From positions 672,001 to 736,000 of the forward strand of contig JBMNEZ010000001.1 in the NCBI GenBank assembly GCA_050949045.1: a DNA stretch of 64,000 nucleotides. Direction: 5' to 3'. The notes beneath the pieces are model-generated. The model was not told where the DNA came from. It did no database searches and saw only the letters and a program-made list of their open reading frames with translations. Origin of the DNA: Candidatus Izemoplasmatales bacterium. Its GTDB lineage: Bacteria > Bacillota_I > Bacilli_A > Izemoplasmatales > Hujiaoplasmataceae. Made by a program: the position numbers and the translations under genes. Below, in pieces: positions 62,805 through 64,000 of the stretch. How positions within the stretch are numbered: the first letter of the stretch is position 1; each line of letters opens with the position of its first letter.

Positions 62805-63308
62805 TTAAATCCCCTCCTTCAACTCATCTTTTTTGGCAAGATGAAGATTGACATGGCAGTATCCGTGTGGTTTTTTTTCAAGATAACCCTGATGGTATTC
62901 TTCAGCCCTGTAAAACGGCCCTGCTGGCAATACTTTTGTCTGGATCTTGCGGGAGTAGTGCTTCTGAGCCTCTTCGAGCAGTTCTTGGACAAGAATTTTG
63001 TCTTTTTCTTCAAATACATAGATGCCCGACCGGTACTGGATGCCGATATCGTTCCCCTGACGGTTGATTGCGGTCGGATCAACGATCCTCAGAAAATGCT
63101 CGATGATCTTTCGCAACGAAATTAGTTGTTCATCAAACTCAAGCAAGACCGCTTCGACATGCCCCGATGAACGGCAGACCTCTTCGTAAGTCGGGTTGGC
63201 CTTGAGGCCGTCTGTGTAGCCGACCATTGTCGTCTCAATCCCTTTAAGGCGTTTGTAATAGGCCTCCACTCCCCAGAAACAGCCACCGGCAATGATTACT
63301 TTCTTCAT
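62805..63308 (-). CDS. msrA: Peptide-methionine (S)-S-oxide reductase
   Basis: AGGCFWG, NPTYEEVC, GHVE, RQGND.G.QYRSGI, AEEYHQ.YL, GYCH. Confidence 0.96.
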   Translation of the reverse strand: MKKVIIAGGCFWGVEAYYKRLKGIETTMVGYTDGLKANPTYEEVCRSSGHVEAVLLEFDEQLISLRKIIEHFLRIVDPTAINRQGNDIGIQYRSGIYVFEEKDKILVQELLEEAQKHYSRKIQTKVLPAGPFYRAEEYHQGYLEKKPHGYCHVNLHLAKKDELKEGI

Positions 63309-64000
63309 TTTTGATTTTCCCCGACCATAATGTGATTGGCGACAAGAAAGGCGAGCATCATCCCGGCAACAGCGGGCACAAAACTCACAGAACCAAGTTT
63401 TGCGTTACCGTTAGTTTTCGTTATTGGAGGCTCAACCGAGTAAACGACAGATAGATCAAGGTTGCCACCGAGTTTGCGCACATTGGTGCGGACCGCCCTG
63501 GCGAGGGGGCAAACCGAGGTAGTTCTCAAAGTGCCGATCCGGATCAGATCCGGATGCATTTTGTTCGCAAAGCCCATCGATGACATGATCGCAATCTGAC
63601 GTTTCTGGCAAACTAGGATAATCGCGGTTTTGGCGGGGACGTCATCAATACAATCGACGACAACATCAAGATCCAAGTCAATAAGACGCTCGGCATTTTG
63701 GATAGTGACCAGTTCTTTGAGGCTGACTACCTCAATCATTGGATTGATGTCTTTTATGCGTTCTGTCATTACTTCGGTCTTGGCGCGCCCGATAGTCGAA
63801 TCCAAAGCGATGATTTGCCGGTTGATGTCGGTTTCTTGAACGATATCGGGATCGACAAGGACCATCTTTCCGACCCCTAGCCTAGCTAAAGCTTCGGCTG
63901 CGTGTCCTCCGACGCCGCCTAGACCAAGAATCATGATCCGGCAACTATTCATCTTTGCAAGTTGTTGGTCGCCGATGAGGGCGATCGTTCGGTCATATCG
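63305..64000 (-). CDS. tcdA: tRNA threonylcarbamoyladenosine dehydratase TcdA-like (ThiF family); 5' end beyond window
   Basis: Frame open to the edge (RYDRTIALIG...); GLGGVGG, INRQ, VDCID, SSMG, CPLAR, GSVSFVP. Confidence 0.88.
   Translation of the reverse strand, partial: RYDRTIALIGDQQLAKMNSCRIMILGLGGVGGHAAEALARLGVGKMVLVDPDIVQETDINRQIIALDSTIGRAKTEVMTERIKDINPMIEVVSLKELVTIQNAERLIDLDLDVVVDCIDDVPAKTAIILVCQKRQIAIMSSMGFANKMHPDLIRIGTLRTTSVCPLARAVRTNVRKLGGNLDLSVVYSVEPPITKTNGNAKLGSVSFVPAVAGMMLAFLVANHIMVGENQK

Overview
Core-genome segment from a Bacilli-lineage bacterium that uses TGA as stop (code 11). Gene content and order suggest a basal wall-less Mollicutes relative such as Izemoplasmatales or Acholeplasmatales; this is inference, not a database result. 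About 55 CDS, nearly all on the minus strand, cover housekeeping functions: thyA, glpK, valS and ileS (each behind a complete T-box), folC, engB, ymfF/ymfH, nucleoside catabolism (deoB/C/D, psuG, dCMP deaminase), a reduced division cluster (ftsZ, yggS-sepF-yggT), tandem mgtE, queuosine salvage (queA, tgt, YhhQ-type transporter), ruvB, xerD, hemW, lepA, class B RNase P RNA, rpsO-pnp with an S15 leader, tig-lon, truB-ribF, mutS2, rnhC and lspA-rluD. I saw no mobile element, prophage, CRISPR array, tRNA or rRNA. The best candidate for an undescribed system is a divergently transcribed two-gene operon (31970-38371) encoding two giant, apparently paralogous, all-helical coiled-coil proteins (1151 and 976 aa) with no recognisable enzymatic domain. 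Other notable items: an orphan lipoprotein with the RsgI autoproteolytic domain whose RBS sits in a 14-bp hairpin; a Val T-box whose promoter and stem I lie inside an upstream CDS and whose first regulated gene is a Nudix hydrolase; an IleRS with HAGT in place of HIGH; and a palindrome of XerD-arm-like sequence ahead of hemW-xerD-deoB.
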